This document shows positions 16,795 to 26,135 of a stretch of DNA of 64,000 bases, piece by piece. A program made the translations under genes and the position numbers. Positions within the stretch are counted from its first letter, which is position 1. Each line of letters begins with the position of its first letter. The DNA comes from Candidatus Nanohalarchaeota archaeon (lineage in GTDB: Archaea; Nanohalarchaeota; Nanosalinia; Nanosalinales; Nanosalinaceae): assembly GCA_022729235.1 (NCBI GenBank), contig JALDAJ010000001.1, forward strand, positions 608,001 through 672,000, given 5' to 3'. The notes under the pieces were generated by a model. It was not told the origin of the DNA. It searched no databases and was given only the letters and a program-made list of their open reading frames with translations.

Positions 16795-18186
16795 GTGAGA
16801 CTTTCAAGCCAGTCAATACAGGTTCTGGAAGAACTGAGAGAACAGAGCCCACGCACGGTCGAAGATCTGGAAAAAGAGGGATACGACCAGTCGATGGTTC
16901 ACCGTGCCGCGATGGAACTTGAAGAAAAAGGAATTGTTAACTACAGGGAGGAGGAAGAGGTAGAATGGGTCATAACTCCTGCCGGCGAAGAAGTAATTCA
17001 AGAAGGCTCGCCCGAGCACCAGCTAATAGAGAGGCTTGCGGATGGAGCTGTACCGCTCTCCGAACTTGAAGATCTCGACCTGGATGTCGCGCTTGGAAAG
17101 GCGCGGGAGAAGGGATGGGTCCGTATCAAGGAGGGCGAGGTCTCGCTTACCGAACAGGGACGGCAGGGTCTCGGCTCGGACCGTGTTCAAAACAAGTTAA
17201 AGGACCAGGAATACGACGAAGAGGTCCGTGAGAGAGGGCTGGTCGCGCCGCAGGAAAGAACTGAACGAATACTGGATTTGACTGGTGAAGGAGAAGCCAT
17301 AGATACAGGAGAGCTAGGAGAGGAGTTCAACGTCGAGGCGCGGGTGAAAACACCGCGGACAGGTAAGAAACATTTCTACCGCGAGATAATGGACTACGCC
17401 CGCCGTGTGTGGAAAGACATGGGCTTCGAGGAGATGAGCGGTGACTACGTCACCTCCGGACTGATGAACTTCGACGCGCTTTACATCCCGCAAGACCACC
17501 CTGCCAGAGAGCTCCAGGACTCGTTCTTCATGGAGACTCCGGCGAAAACAGATTTATCCATTTATGGGGGAAAGGTGCAGGAAGTGAAAGACGTCCACGA
17601 GTTTGGTGGTGATGCCGGCGGTAAGGGATGGCAGTACGATTGGTCGCGTGAAGACGCGGAAAGAAACGTGCTGAGAACACATACAACTGACGTTTCCGCG
17701 AAGAGGCTCCACGAGATGGAGATTAACGAGGAGGAGCTACCGAAAAAGTTCTTCTGTCTTGGTAGAGCGTTCAGGAATGAGACGGTTGACAGGACTCACA
17801 ACGCAGAGTTCTACCAGACCGACGGTATCGTCGTAGGAAAAGACCTGAGCTTCCGCAACCTGAAAGGTTACCTGAGCGAGTTCTTCGAGAAGATGGGTTA
17901 CAGCGAGTTCCGGCTTATCCCCTCCTACTACCCCTACACGGAGATGAGCGTAGAGGTACAGGTCTGGGACGATGAAGACGAGGAATGGCTCGGGATGGGT
18001 GGAGCAGGTATGTTCCGCCCGGAAGTTGTGAAACCGATGCTGGGCTTCGAGGCGACAGTACTGGCATGGGGTCTAGGAATCGGGAGGATAGCCATGATAA
18101 ACGCCGAACTCAACGATATAAGAGAGCTTTACAGGAACGATATCGAAATCCTGGAACAGACACCTGTATGGAGGCCTGATCAGTAA
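16795..18186 (+). CDS. pheS: Phenylalanine--tRNA ligase alpha subunit
   Basis: NFDALYIPQDHPARELQD, LRTHTT, FRNETVDRTH, YYPYTE, GMFRPE. SD GGAGGTG. Confidence 0.95.
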   Translation: MRLSSQSIQVLEELREQSPRTVEDLEKEGYDQSMVHRAAMELEEKGIVNYREEEEVEWVITPAGEEVIQEGSPEHQLIERLADGAVPLSELEDLDLDVALGKAREKGWVRIKEGEVSLTEQGRQGLGSDRVQNKLKDQEYDEEVRERGLVAPQERTERILDLTGEGEAIDTGELGEEFNVEARVKTPRTGKKHFYREIMDYARRVWKDMGFEEMSGDYVTSGLMNFDALYIPQDHPARELQDSFFMETPAKTDLSIYGGKVQEVKDVHEFGGDAGGKGWQYDWSREDAERNVLRTHTTDVSAKRLHEMEINEEELPKKFFCLGRAFRNETVDRTHNAEFYQTDGIVVGKDLSFRNLKGYLSEFFEKMGYSEFRLIPSYYPYTEMSVEVQVWDDEDEEWLGMGGAGMFRPEVVKPMLGFEATVLAWGLGIGRIAMINAELNDIRELYRNDIEILEQTPVWRPDQ

Positions 18187-18189
18187 TGA

Positions 18190-18280
18190 CGAAAACAAGT
18201 TTTCTTAAGCTCGAAAACCGTAGGTTTTCTGCAGTCGAGAAGACTCATAGAGTCTTCGACCTCGCCAACCACGAGGTGGT
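18190..18280 (+). repeat. Palindromic intergenic element between pheS and pheT
   Basis: Hairpins GAAAACC-GTA-GGTTTTC and GAAGACTC-ATA-GAGTCTTC. Confidence 0.5.
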
Positions 18281-18286
18281 AGCCGA

Positions 18287-19936
18287 GTGCCTCACGTAAA
18301 AATAGACAAGAGAGAGTTCGATGAACTCGTCGGTAGAGAGGTCGATGAAGAACTACTGTACGAGAAGGCTTCTTTCCTCGGCGTCCACTGGAACCATGAA
18401 GAGGGTCCAGAATGGGATGTAGAAGTCTATCCAAACCGACCTGATTTACTCAGTGTAGAAGGCTTGGCTCGTGCGTACAGAGGTTTCTTCGGCGTGAAGA
18501 CTGGGTCGGAGAGTTACACTCCTTCAGGAGGCTCCATTGAGGTCGATATCGATTCTTCAGTCGAGGAAGTAAGACCTCACATCGCCTGCGCAGTCGTGAG
18601 GGATGTTGATGTATCAGAAAAGATACTGAACGGCTGGATACAGCTACAGGAGAAGCTCCACGAGTCGATGGGGCGGAAGAGGGATAAACTGGCGATAGGT
18701 CTTCACGACCTTGGACAGGTTGAGCCACCGTTCACCTACAGGGCGGTGGAGCCGGATAGAGTATCATTCACTCCTCTCGAACATGACAGGGAGATGCAGT
18801 TAGGGGAGATACTGGATGAGCACGAGAAGGGGCAGGAATACGCGTGGATACTCGAAGACGAGGACAGATACCCGGTGATAGAAGATTCGGAAGGAAGAGT
18901 TATCTCTTTCCCTCCTATAATCAACAACCAGCTGACCGAGGTAACAGCCGGGACAAGCGACATATTCATCGACGTGACTGGAAAGGATCGCAGGACAGTA
19001 CTTAAAGTACTAAACATCCTCACCACGGCTCTCTCCGAGAGGGGAGGTTACGTGGAAACGGTACTGGTCAACGGAGAGGAGATGCCTGACCTGGAACCTG
19101 ATGAATGGAAACTAGACCCGGAATATTTCCGGGACATCTCTGGTCTCGAACTTGATGACAGTCAAATCATCGAACGGCTGGAGAAGATGAAGTTCGGGGC
19201 GGAGAAGAAAAACGATGCTATAGAAGTCAGGGTCCCGGCTTACAGGAACGACGTGATGCACCAGTACGACCTGATAGAGGACGTGGTGATCGCACACGGC
19301 TACGACAATATAGAACCGGAGATACCTGAGATCGACCAGGTCGCAGAGGAAAGACCTGTCGAGGATTACACGCGTATAATGAGAGATATACTACAGGGTA
19401 CGGGGGCGCTGGAAACTCATACCTATGTGCTCTCCAACCGCGAGAAACTGTTCCACAGGATGAACCTTGAGGGGGAAGAGATCGCAGAGATGTCGAATGC
19501 GTTGACAGAGGACTACACCGCGGTAAGAAACTGGCTCCTTCCCTCCTTGATGAATGTGCTTCGGAGGAACAGGCACCGATCCTACCCGCAGAAGTTCTTC
19601 GAGGTCGCCGATGTCTCGGTGCTGGACGACTCTGCAACAGGCGCGTCCAACAGGAGAAAGCTGGCGTACGTCCACTCAGGCAACAGCGCGGATTATACAG
19701 ATGTCCGGCAGGTACTCCAGGTGCTGGAACGTGATCTTGGAGTTGAGTTCCGTATAGATTCTGGATCAGGAAACTGCTTCGACCCTGAACGCTCCGGCGA
19801 CATCTACCTGGGAGAGGAAAAGATAGGTATTATAGGTGAGTTCTCCAGCAGTGTCATAGAGAACTGGGACCTGGACCGCGGCGTTGCGGGCTTCGAGCTG
19901 GACGTGGAGAAATTGCTGGAGATCATCAGGAACTAG
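18287..19936 (+). CDS. pheT: Phenylalanine--tRNA ligase beta subunit
   Basis: PNRPDLLSVEG, QEKLH, SFPPIIN, DLIEDVVIAHGY. Confidence 0.95.
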   Translation: MPHVKIDKREFDELVGREVDEELLYEKASFLGVHWNHEEGPEWDVEVYPNRPDLLSVEGLARAYRGFFGVKTGSESYTPSGGSIEVDIDSSVEEVRPHIACAVVRDVDVSEKILNGWIQLQEKLHESMGRKRDKLAIGLHDLGQVEPPFTYRAVEPDRVSFTPLEHDREMQLGEILDEHEKGQEYAWILEDEDRYPVIEDSEGRVISFPPIINNQLTEVTAGTSDIFIDVTGKDRRTVLKVLNILTTALSERGGYVETVLVNGEEMPDLEPDEWKLDPEYFRDISGLELDDSQIIERLEKMKFGAEKKNDAIEVRVPAYRNDVMHQYDLIEDVVIAHGYDNIEPEIPEIDQVAEERPVEDYTRIMRDILQGTGALETHTYVLSNREKLFHRMNLEGEEIAEMSNALTEDYTAVRNWLLPSLMNVLRRNRHRSYPQKFFEVADVSVLDDSATGASNRRKLAYVHSGNSADYTDVRQVLQVLERDLGVEFRIDSGSGNCFDPERSGDIYLGEEKIGIIGEFSSSVIENWDLDRGVAGFELDVEKLLEIIRN

Positions 19937-20136
19937 CTGTCGTCTTTAACCTCGCTCTCTGTCGGTATTATTAACCAGGCAATCAGGTAGAGAAGGATTC
20001 CGGAGCCTATTCCAAACAGGACTAATGCTATCAGGAGTAATCTTACCAGCGTCGGTTCTAGGTCATAAACCTCGGCGATACCGCCACAGACTCCTCCGAG
20101 GACTCTATCGGTTTCTGACCTGTAAAGCTTCGTCAT
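19933..20136 (-). CDS. PspC domain membrane protein
   Basis: LYRSETDRVLGGVCGGIAE...YLIAWLIIP. Confidence 0.88.
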   Translation of the reverse strand: MTKLYRSETDRVLGGVCGGIAEVYDLEPTLVRLLLIALVLFGIGSGILLYLIAWLIIPTESEVKDDS

Positions 20137-20137
20137 T

Positions 20138-20629
20138 TCACATCACTTCGTCTTCGTGTGCGTGCCTGTAGTCGTGTAGCTCTTCGTCTGAGAACCAGAT
20201 GCCGAGTTCTTTTTTAGCTTCTTCAAGTGTGGCTGATGCGTGGATGATGTTCTTGTAATGAGTTCCTGATTCGTCAGCGTGGTCCATCGACATGTGTGCG
20301 AAACGTCCCCTGATAGTTGAAGGATGAGCGTCTTTCGCACTGGTATCACCGACTATTTTCCGTAGGTTCTCGACTGCGTGGACACCTTCGATAGCGAGCG
20401 CGACTATAGGTCCCTGCTTCATGTACTCTGCTAGTCCTTCGTAGAACGGTTTGTCAACGTGCTCCTCGTAGTGCTGCTCCAGGAGCTGGTCGGTTGCCTG
20501 TACCATCTTCATGCCGGAGATCTTGAACCCGGCGTTCTCGATAGTGGCGATTATGTCGCCTACTATACCTCTTTTAACTGCATCGGGTTTCAGCGCTACA
20601 AAGGTGGTTTCCACATAGTCATCTGCCAT
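20138..20629 (-). CDS. ndk: Nucleoside diphosphate kinase
   Basis: TFVALKPDAVKRG, HYEEH, TIRG, NIIHAS. Confidence 0.95.
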   Translation of the reverse strand: MADDYVETTFVALKPDAVKRGIVGDIIATIENAGFKISGMKMVQATDQLLEQHYEEHVDKPFYEGLAEYMKQGPIVALAIEGVHAVENLRKIVGDTSAKDAHPSTIRGRFAHMSMDHADESGTHYKNIIHASATLEEAKKELGIWFSDEELHDYRHAHEDEVM

Positions 20630-20693
20630 TTTCGATTACCTCTTATCCATTCAATTTGGCGCAACATTTTTTAACTTGTTAAAAACCAGGGAT

Positions 20694-21143
20694 TCAGCTC
20701 GAAGCTTCGAGGTGGCGGTAAGTAGTTTCTTCGCATGGCAGCAGGTTCACGTTCTCGTTCTCCAGCCATTCATCGCCGGACTGTCCTTCATACTCTGCCC
20801 CGGAGGTCCATTCCATGCCGCTGATGTCTTCACCGCAGATATCGTACGCCTGGACCATAAGCTCTGCCTCGACAAGGCGGTAATAGTTCTCGGTACCTTC
20901 TTCAGGTGTCTCGTAGTCGTCGTAGTTGTATACCTCGTAAGTTTGTCTCTCGACACCCAGACAGATACCTACGTCCAGTCCGGCACAGTAAGTATCGACC
21001 TCCACAAACCCTACCTCGACGGGGTCGCTGTCAGTTATGAGGTTGTTGCCGGCGATAACCGCGACTACTATTGCTATACATGCTCCGAGAAATTTTAGGT
21101 CGCGCCTGAAGTCGTCGCTGAGGTTGATTTCGCCTAAATCCAT
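20694..21143 (-). CDS. Hypothetical single-pass membrane protein with Cys pairs
   Basis: Start taken at MDLGEINL. One TM segment followed by an acidic domain. Confidence 0.6.
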   Translation of the reverse strand: MDLGEINLSDDFRRDLKFLGACIAIVVAVIAGNNLITDSDPVEVGFVEVDTYCAGLDVGICLGVERQTYEVYNYDDYETPEEGTENYYRLVEAELMVQAYDICGEDISGMEWTSGAEYEGQSGDEWLENENVNLLPCEETTYRHLEASS

Positions 21144-21225
21144 AATCTGTGGTTGAGTATGTAGACTCTTAAAATGGTGTGATGCGGGAAATTTATGAAC
21201 CTGAGCATCGACCCTCATTATAGGG

Positions 21226-23088
21226 ATGCAGCTAGGGACTATACAGGGAGAAGTCAACACTTCTTCATTCACTTTCAGAGCGACTGAGGAGGTCAAGAAG
21301 TTCGACTTCGTATCGGTGAAAAGTAACGACCAGTGGATACTCGGTCAGGTAGAGGAAGTGACGAAACACCCTGACGGTGAAACGGTAGCGAACGCGAACA
21401 TCATAGGTTACCGTGACAAGGGATTGACCAAGGCTCCTCGGCGTGTTATAGAGCCGGATTCGATTGTCTACAGGGCGGACCAGGAGCTTATATCGGAGAC
21501 ACTGGGGCTTGAAGACTCAGGTTTACAGGTCGGTACCCTGGAGACGAACCCCGACATCGATATCCATGTGGACGCGGAGGATTTCTACAAGCACTTCGCG
21601 GTGCTAGCTCAAACTGGCGCCGGAAAGAGCTATCTTACTGGAGTATTGATCGAGGAGATGCTGGAGCAGGACTTACCGGTGCTGATAATAGATCCTCACG
21701 GGGAGTACTCCTCGCTGAGGCAGCATAACGAAGACTCTGACAACCCGAAGGGTTACGACGTGAAAGAGTACTCGCCTAACACAGACATCAACCAGGACGC
21801 GATTCCGATGTCGTTCTCGTCAGTCAACCTGGAGAAGAAGGAGTTGATGGATGTTATCCCGGACTCACTGACTAATTCGCAGATGGGTGTGCTTTACAAC
21901 GCGTTGAAGCGTCTCCGCGAGAAAGATGAAGACTATAATCTCAACGATCTTATGGACGCGGTTTCGCACGAAGAGTCGACCGCGAAGTGGAACCTGTTGA
22001 ATTCTCTGGAGCAGATAGAGCAGTCAGGACTGTTATCCGAGAGCCCGGTGGATCTGGAGTCACTGGTGGACCCGGGTGAGGCGACTATAATCAATCTCAA
22101 GGCGGTTGAACCAGAACCCGCGGAGATGACGATGTACCTGCTCGCGAAGAAGCTTTTCGACCTACGGAAGAAGAACCATATTCCGCCGTTCCTGATGGTG
22201 ATTGAGGAGGCGCACAACTTCGCTCCGGAGAAAGGGTTCCAGCAGGCGCTGTCAAACGATATACTGAGAAAAATCGCGTCGGAGGGAAGAAAGTTTGGTC
22301 TTGGTATCGGCGTCATCTCACAGAGACCGGCGAGAATCGACAAGAATGTGCTCTCCCAGTGCAACACCCAGTTCATATTAAGGGTGACTAATCCGAACGA
22401 TCTCAAGGCTATCTCCAAGTCTTTCGAGGGAGTCACCTCGGAAGTTGAATCGATGATAAAGTCGCTGCCTCCGGGCGTGTCTTTCGTTCTCGGAAATGAG
22501 TATCCTGTCATGACTGATGTACGCACCAGGAAATCAAAGCACGGTGGCGAGACACAGACCTCGGAGGAGTATACTGAGCGGAGAGAGATAGAGGTGTTCC
22601 CGCCCCGTAAGGATATCAGGGAGCTAGAGTCGGAGCGCGGGGAGAAGTATTCCCTGGCGCATTATCCTCTTTATCTACTGGAGAACGATGAGAAGAAGCT
22701 GCTTCTCGATGGCACATCGGGTGATGTCAAGGCGGAGCGCGAAAGTCTTTCTGGACAGGAGAAGAAGATTCTCGAGATGATAGGGAACGGGAAGTCAAAG
22801 AGCAATATAGTCGAGGAACTGGAGCTTGGGGTGGCGAAGGTGACAAATGTGATTGAGGGGTTGAAGGAGAAGGATAGGATAGATGATGAGGAAGAGATAG
22901 AGAGTTCTGTGCTTGATATAGATATAGAGGAGAAGAGGGTCGAGGAAGATAAGCTGATAGATTTTGAGCTTGCTAAAAGCGAAATAAAGGATAGGATGGG
23001 AGATGCATCGGTCAGGCGCGTCTATTACCCGTATTATTCCCGGGATGATGAAGTCTATGATCCTATATTGGAAAAGGAAGTAGGGTGA
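21226..23088 (+). CDS. HerA-like ATPase (HAS barrel + DUF87) with a C-terminal HTH-like extension
   Basis: HFAVLAQTGAGKS, IDPHGEY, IEEAHNF, EGRKFG, SQRPA. Confidence 0.88.
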   Translation: MQLGTIQGEVNTSSFTFRATEEVKKFDFVSVKSNDQWILGQVEEVTKHPDGETVANANIIGYRDKGLTKAPRRVIEPDSIVYRADQELISETLGLEDSGLQVGTLETNPDIDIHVDAEDFYKHFAVLAQTGAGKSYLTGVLIEEMLEQDLPVLIIDPHGEYSSLRQHNEDSDNPKGYDVKEYSPNTDINQDAIPMSFSSVNLEKKELMDVIPDSLTNSQMGVLYNALKRLREKDEDYNLNDLMDAVSHEESTAKWNLLNSLEQIEQSGLLSESPVDLESLVDPGEATIINLKAVEPEPAEMTMYLLAKKLFDLRKKNHIPPFLMVIEEAHNFAPEKGFQQALSNDILRKIASEGRKFGLGIGVISQRPARIDKNVLSQCNTQFILRVTNPNDLKAISKSFEGVTSEVESMIKSLPPGVSFVLGNEYPVMTDVRTRKSKHGGETQTSEEYTERREIEVFPPRKDIRELESERGEKYSLAHYPLYLLENDEKKLLLDGTSGDVKAERESLSGQEKKILEMIGNGKSKSNIVEELELGVAKVTNVIEGLKEKDRIDDEEEIESSVLDIDIEEKRVEEDKLIDFELAKSEIKDRMGDASVRRVYYPYYSRDDEVYDPILEKEVG

Positions 23089-23124
23089 TGTTTAAAGAAA
23101 TTTACCGTCGCTTACTTTATTCGC

Positions 23125-23251
23125 GGGTCCGTGGTCTAGCTTGGTTATGACGTCGCCCTTACAACCGCACCGCGTGTGACGCGTTGCTTGAACCCGCACG
23201 CAGAGCGAGTGAGTGAGGCGAAGATCCCCAGTTCGAATCTGGGCGGACCCA
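23125..23251 (+). tRNA. tRNA-Val (TAC) with a 52-nt intron at 37/38 (23164-23215)
   Basis: Acceptor stem GGGTCCG/CGGACCC-A, anticodon stem TCGCC/GGCGA, T-loop GTTCGAATC. BHB central helix CTTA/TGAG with 3-nt bulges. Confidence 0.88.
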
Positions 23252-23370
23252 CTAATTCCTGTCTGGGGAGGAATAACTCCGGAACATGAGTGTTGTTACC
23301 AGAAGGTACTTAAACAATGATGAGTAATTTTGTGTTAATACCTTAAAGCCTCGCGAGGAAGAATCAGTTT

Positions 23371-23718
23371 ATGACCGACTTTAAACAGGCGATAATTGTG
23401 AGAGAAGATATCGGGATGTCACGTGGAAAGATGGTAGCGCAGGCGTGCCACGCATCTCTAGGTGTATACAGGAAAACACCCGAGACGCAGAGACAGAGAT
23501 GGGAGGAGCAAGGTGCTAAAAAGATAGTGCTCGAAGCTGGTGACACAGACCTTATCGAGATACATGAGCAGGCGAAAAGTAATGGTGTGCCATCGTATCT
23601 TGTCCAGGACGCAGGGATGACTGAGCTGGAACCTGGAACAAAGACTGCTGTCGGGATAGGTCCTGCAGAGGAGGATAAAATCGATAATATAACTGGCGAA
23701 CTGAGATTGGTAGAGTAA
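23371..23718 (+). CDS. pth2: Peptidyl-tRNA hydrolase Pth2
   Basis: GKMVAQACHAS, KIVL, DAGMTE, GIGP. Confidence 0.93.
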   Translation: MTDFKQAIIVREDIGMSRGKMVAQACHASLGVYRKTPETQRQRWEEQGAKKIVLEAGDTDLIEIHEQAKSNGVPSYLVQDAGMTELEPGTKTAVGIGPAEEDKIDNITGELRLVE

Positions 23719-23734
23719 AGAGGTGAAAATAAAG

Positions 23735-24898
23735 ATGGAAGAGATACCAGAATGGGATTATTACTCCGATACACCCGGGATCAAGGGAAGTATCAAGGAG
23801 CAGGTGAGCGACTTCATAGTTACAGAGCTAGCTTCTCATGAGACTGATGAAGAAGGCGATCATCTTATAGTGAAGCTCAGGAAGCAAAACATGACTACGA
23901 TGGAGGCGGTCGACACCCTGTCAAATATCCTCCATATCTCAAAAGACCGTGTAGGGTACGCAGGAAACAAGGATAAGAGAGCTGTGACAGAGCAGTACAT
24001 CTCCATCCAGGGCGTCTCCGAGGCAGATGTGAACCAGATATTCACGGACGAGTTCGATCTTGAGGTCGTAGGTAGAAACGGTTATATCGGTCTAGGAAAT
24101 CTTAATGCAAACCGGTTCGAAATCACTGTAAGAGACCTTAATATCCCGTTAGAAGACATCCGGAACCGCACGCTGAAGATAGTGGACGAACTGGACGGTA
24201 AGTTCCCCAATTATTTCGGCAAACAGCGTTTTGGGTCATCCCGACCTATCACCCACCAGGTCGGACGACACATACTGAAGGGCGACTTCGAAGAGGCAGT
24301 ATGGACGTACATCGCCAAGCCTTATGACCACGAGTACAAGTCGATAAGAAAGGTCAGAGAAGAGCTGTGGGAAACACGGCAGGTAGAGGACATGGCAGAG
24401 AAGTTCCCCAAGCATTACCGGTACGAGAAAGCACTGCTTTATCATCTGACGAAGAACGAAGACGACTACAAGGGAGCTATCAAAAGACTGCCTGAAGGTC
24501 TCCAGAGGCTTTTCATCCACGCCTACCAGTCCTGGGTTTTCAACCGCGTTCTTTCAGAGCTTATCGGTGAGGGATGGTATGATGCCGAATACGAAATCCC
24601 GCTAGTAGGTTACAAAACAGAGCTCAAGGACAACAAGCCTGGTAACCTGGTCAAGGAAGTTCTGGAGGAGGAAGGTATAAGCCAGGAAGATTTCAGGCTA
24701 CAGGAGTTCCCGGAGCTCAGGAGCGAAGGCAGTTACAGGCGCGCATTCGCAGATTTCAGGAACTTTGAAATCCAGGATATAGGGGAGGACGACCTTAACA
24801 TGGCAAAGAACAAGATGAGGGTTAAATTCGACCTGCCCAAGGGTGCTTACGCAACAGTGCTACTAAGGGAGATAAGAAAGACCGGACCTAATAACTGA
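23735..24898 (+). CDS. truD: tRNA pseudouridine(13) synthase
   Basis: YAGNKDKRAVT, NRFEI, NYFGKQRFG, LPKGAYAT. SD GAGGTGA precedes ATG 23735. Confidence 0.92.
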   Translation: MEEIPEWDYYSDTPGIKGSIKEQVSDFIVTELASHETDEEGDHLIVKLRKQNMTTMEAVDTLSNILHISKDRVGYAGNKDKRAVTEQYISIQGVSEADVNQIFTDEFDLEVVGRNGYIGLGNLNANRFEITVRDLNIPLEDIRNRTLKIVDELDGKFPNYFGKQRFGSSRPITHQVGRHILKGDFEEAVWTYIAKPYDHEYKSIRKVREELWETRQVEDMAEKFPKHYRYEKALLYHLTKNEDDYKGAIKRLPEGLQRLFIHAYQSWVFNRVLSELIGEGWYDAEYEIPLVGYKTELKDNKPGNLVKEVLEEEGISQEDFRLQEFPELRSEGSYRRAFADFRNFEIQDIGEDDLNMAKNKMRVKFDLPKGAYATVLLREIRKTGPNN

Positions 24899-24902
24899 TA
24901 AC

Positions 24903-26135
24903 ATGATACTTTACGTCGCATGGCTGCTGATTTTTTCATCAGTATTTATCGCGATATTTTACTTAAGCATCTATTCTAACGTTAAAGGCACAAGACAGGA
25001 AGAGCTCCTGGATTTTGAAAACCCTCCCAAGGTCACAGTTCTGATGCCTGCCTTTAACGAAGAAAAAGTGGTAGAAGAGGCTCTAGAGTCAGTTAAAACC
25101 CTGGACTACCCGGACTATGAAGTTATCTTCATCGATGACGCATCCACTGACTCCACGCTGGAGAAGGCGAGGGACAATTCCTTTGAGGACATGACAATCC
25201 TCCGGCACGAACAAAACAAAGGGAAAGCTGCGGCACTGAACACCGGGATTGAGGAATCCGAGGGAGAATACGTAGTTGTACAGGATGCTGACTCGAAAAT
25301 CGAGGCTAACCTGATCTACAAGGCTTTAAGTCGGATGGAGAGGGATGACTCCCTTGGTGCGGTGATAGCGTCTATAAAACCTCTGGATACGGATACGTTT
25401 CTCAGGAAGATACAGGCGGTCGAGTACCAGGTTATGAACTTTTACAGGATGCTGATGACAGAGATAAATACCCTGAATGTAACCCCGGGAGCTTTCTCTA
25501 TCTATAACGCATCGAACCTCAGGGAAGTAGGTGGATTTGATGAAGGCAATATAACGGAGGACCTGGAGATGGCGTTCAGACTAAGGAAAAATGGGAAGAT
25601 GTTTGAGATGGTTTACTTCGACTCGTCTCACACCGAGTTCCCTGCTACTCTTAAACAACTCTACAACCAGAGGGTGAGATGGGCTAGAGGATTCATCTAC
25701 AACGGATTAAAATACAGGGAGATGTTTCTAAACCCGGATTACGGGTACTTCGGGACTTTGCAGCTGCCTATGCTGGTCTTGATGCCGGCGCTGATCGTGA
25801 CTTCGTTTGTCCTGGTCATAACCGGTATCTTACAGATGAGTTACCAGTTCGCCCTCCAGGTCTCTGCTGTAGGATTATGGATGCCTGAATTATCTCTGGA
25901 AAGTATTCACATCGCCTTTCTAGGTGCAAACATGAAAATCTATATACCTCTCCTGCTCAGTCTGGTCCTGATAGCCTACATCATAAAGACAGCGTATAGT
26001 TACTCTGGTGAAAAGCCCAAGAACATCCCGGCACTGATGTTATACTTCTTCACATACTTCCTGCTACAGTCCGGGTTCTGGGTTTCAGCACTTTTAAAAG
26101 AAATAGCCAGGAGTGAAAAAGTATGGACTTCGTGA
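24903..26135 (+). CDS. Processive GT2 family glycosyltransferase
   Basis: PAFNEE, DDASTD, GKAAALN, DAD, TED, QRVRW, plus C-terminal TM segments. Confidence 0.9.
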   Translation: MILYVAWLLIFSSVFIAIFYLSIYSNVKGTRQEELLDFENPPKVTVLMPAFNEEKVVEEALESVKTLDYPDYEVIFIDDASTDSTLEKARDNSFEDMTILRHEQNKGKAAALNTGIEESEGEYVVVQDADSKIEANLIYKALSRMERDDSLGAVIASIKPLDTDTFLRKIQAVEYQVMNFYRMLMTEINTLNVTPGAFSIYNASNLREVGGFDEGNITEDLEMAFRLRKNGKMFEMVYFDSSHTEFPATLKQLYNQRVRWARGFIYNGLKYREMFLNPDYGYFGTLQLPMLVLMPALIVTSFVLVITGILQMSYQFALQVSAVGLWMPELSLESIHIAFLGANMKIYIPLLLSLVLIAYIIKTAYSYSGEKPKNIPALMLYFFTYFLLQSGFWVSALLKEIARSEKVWTS

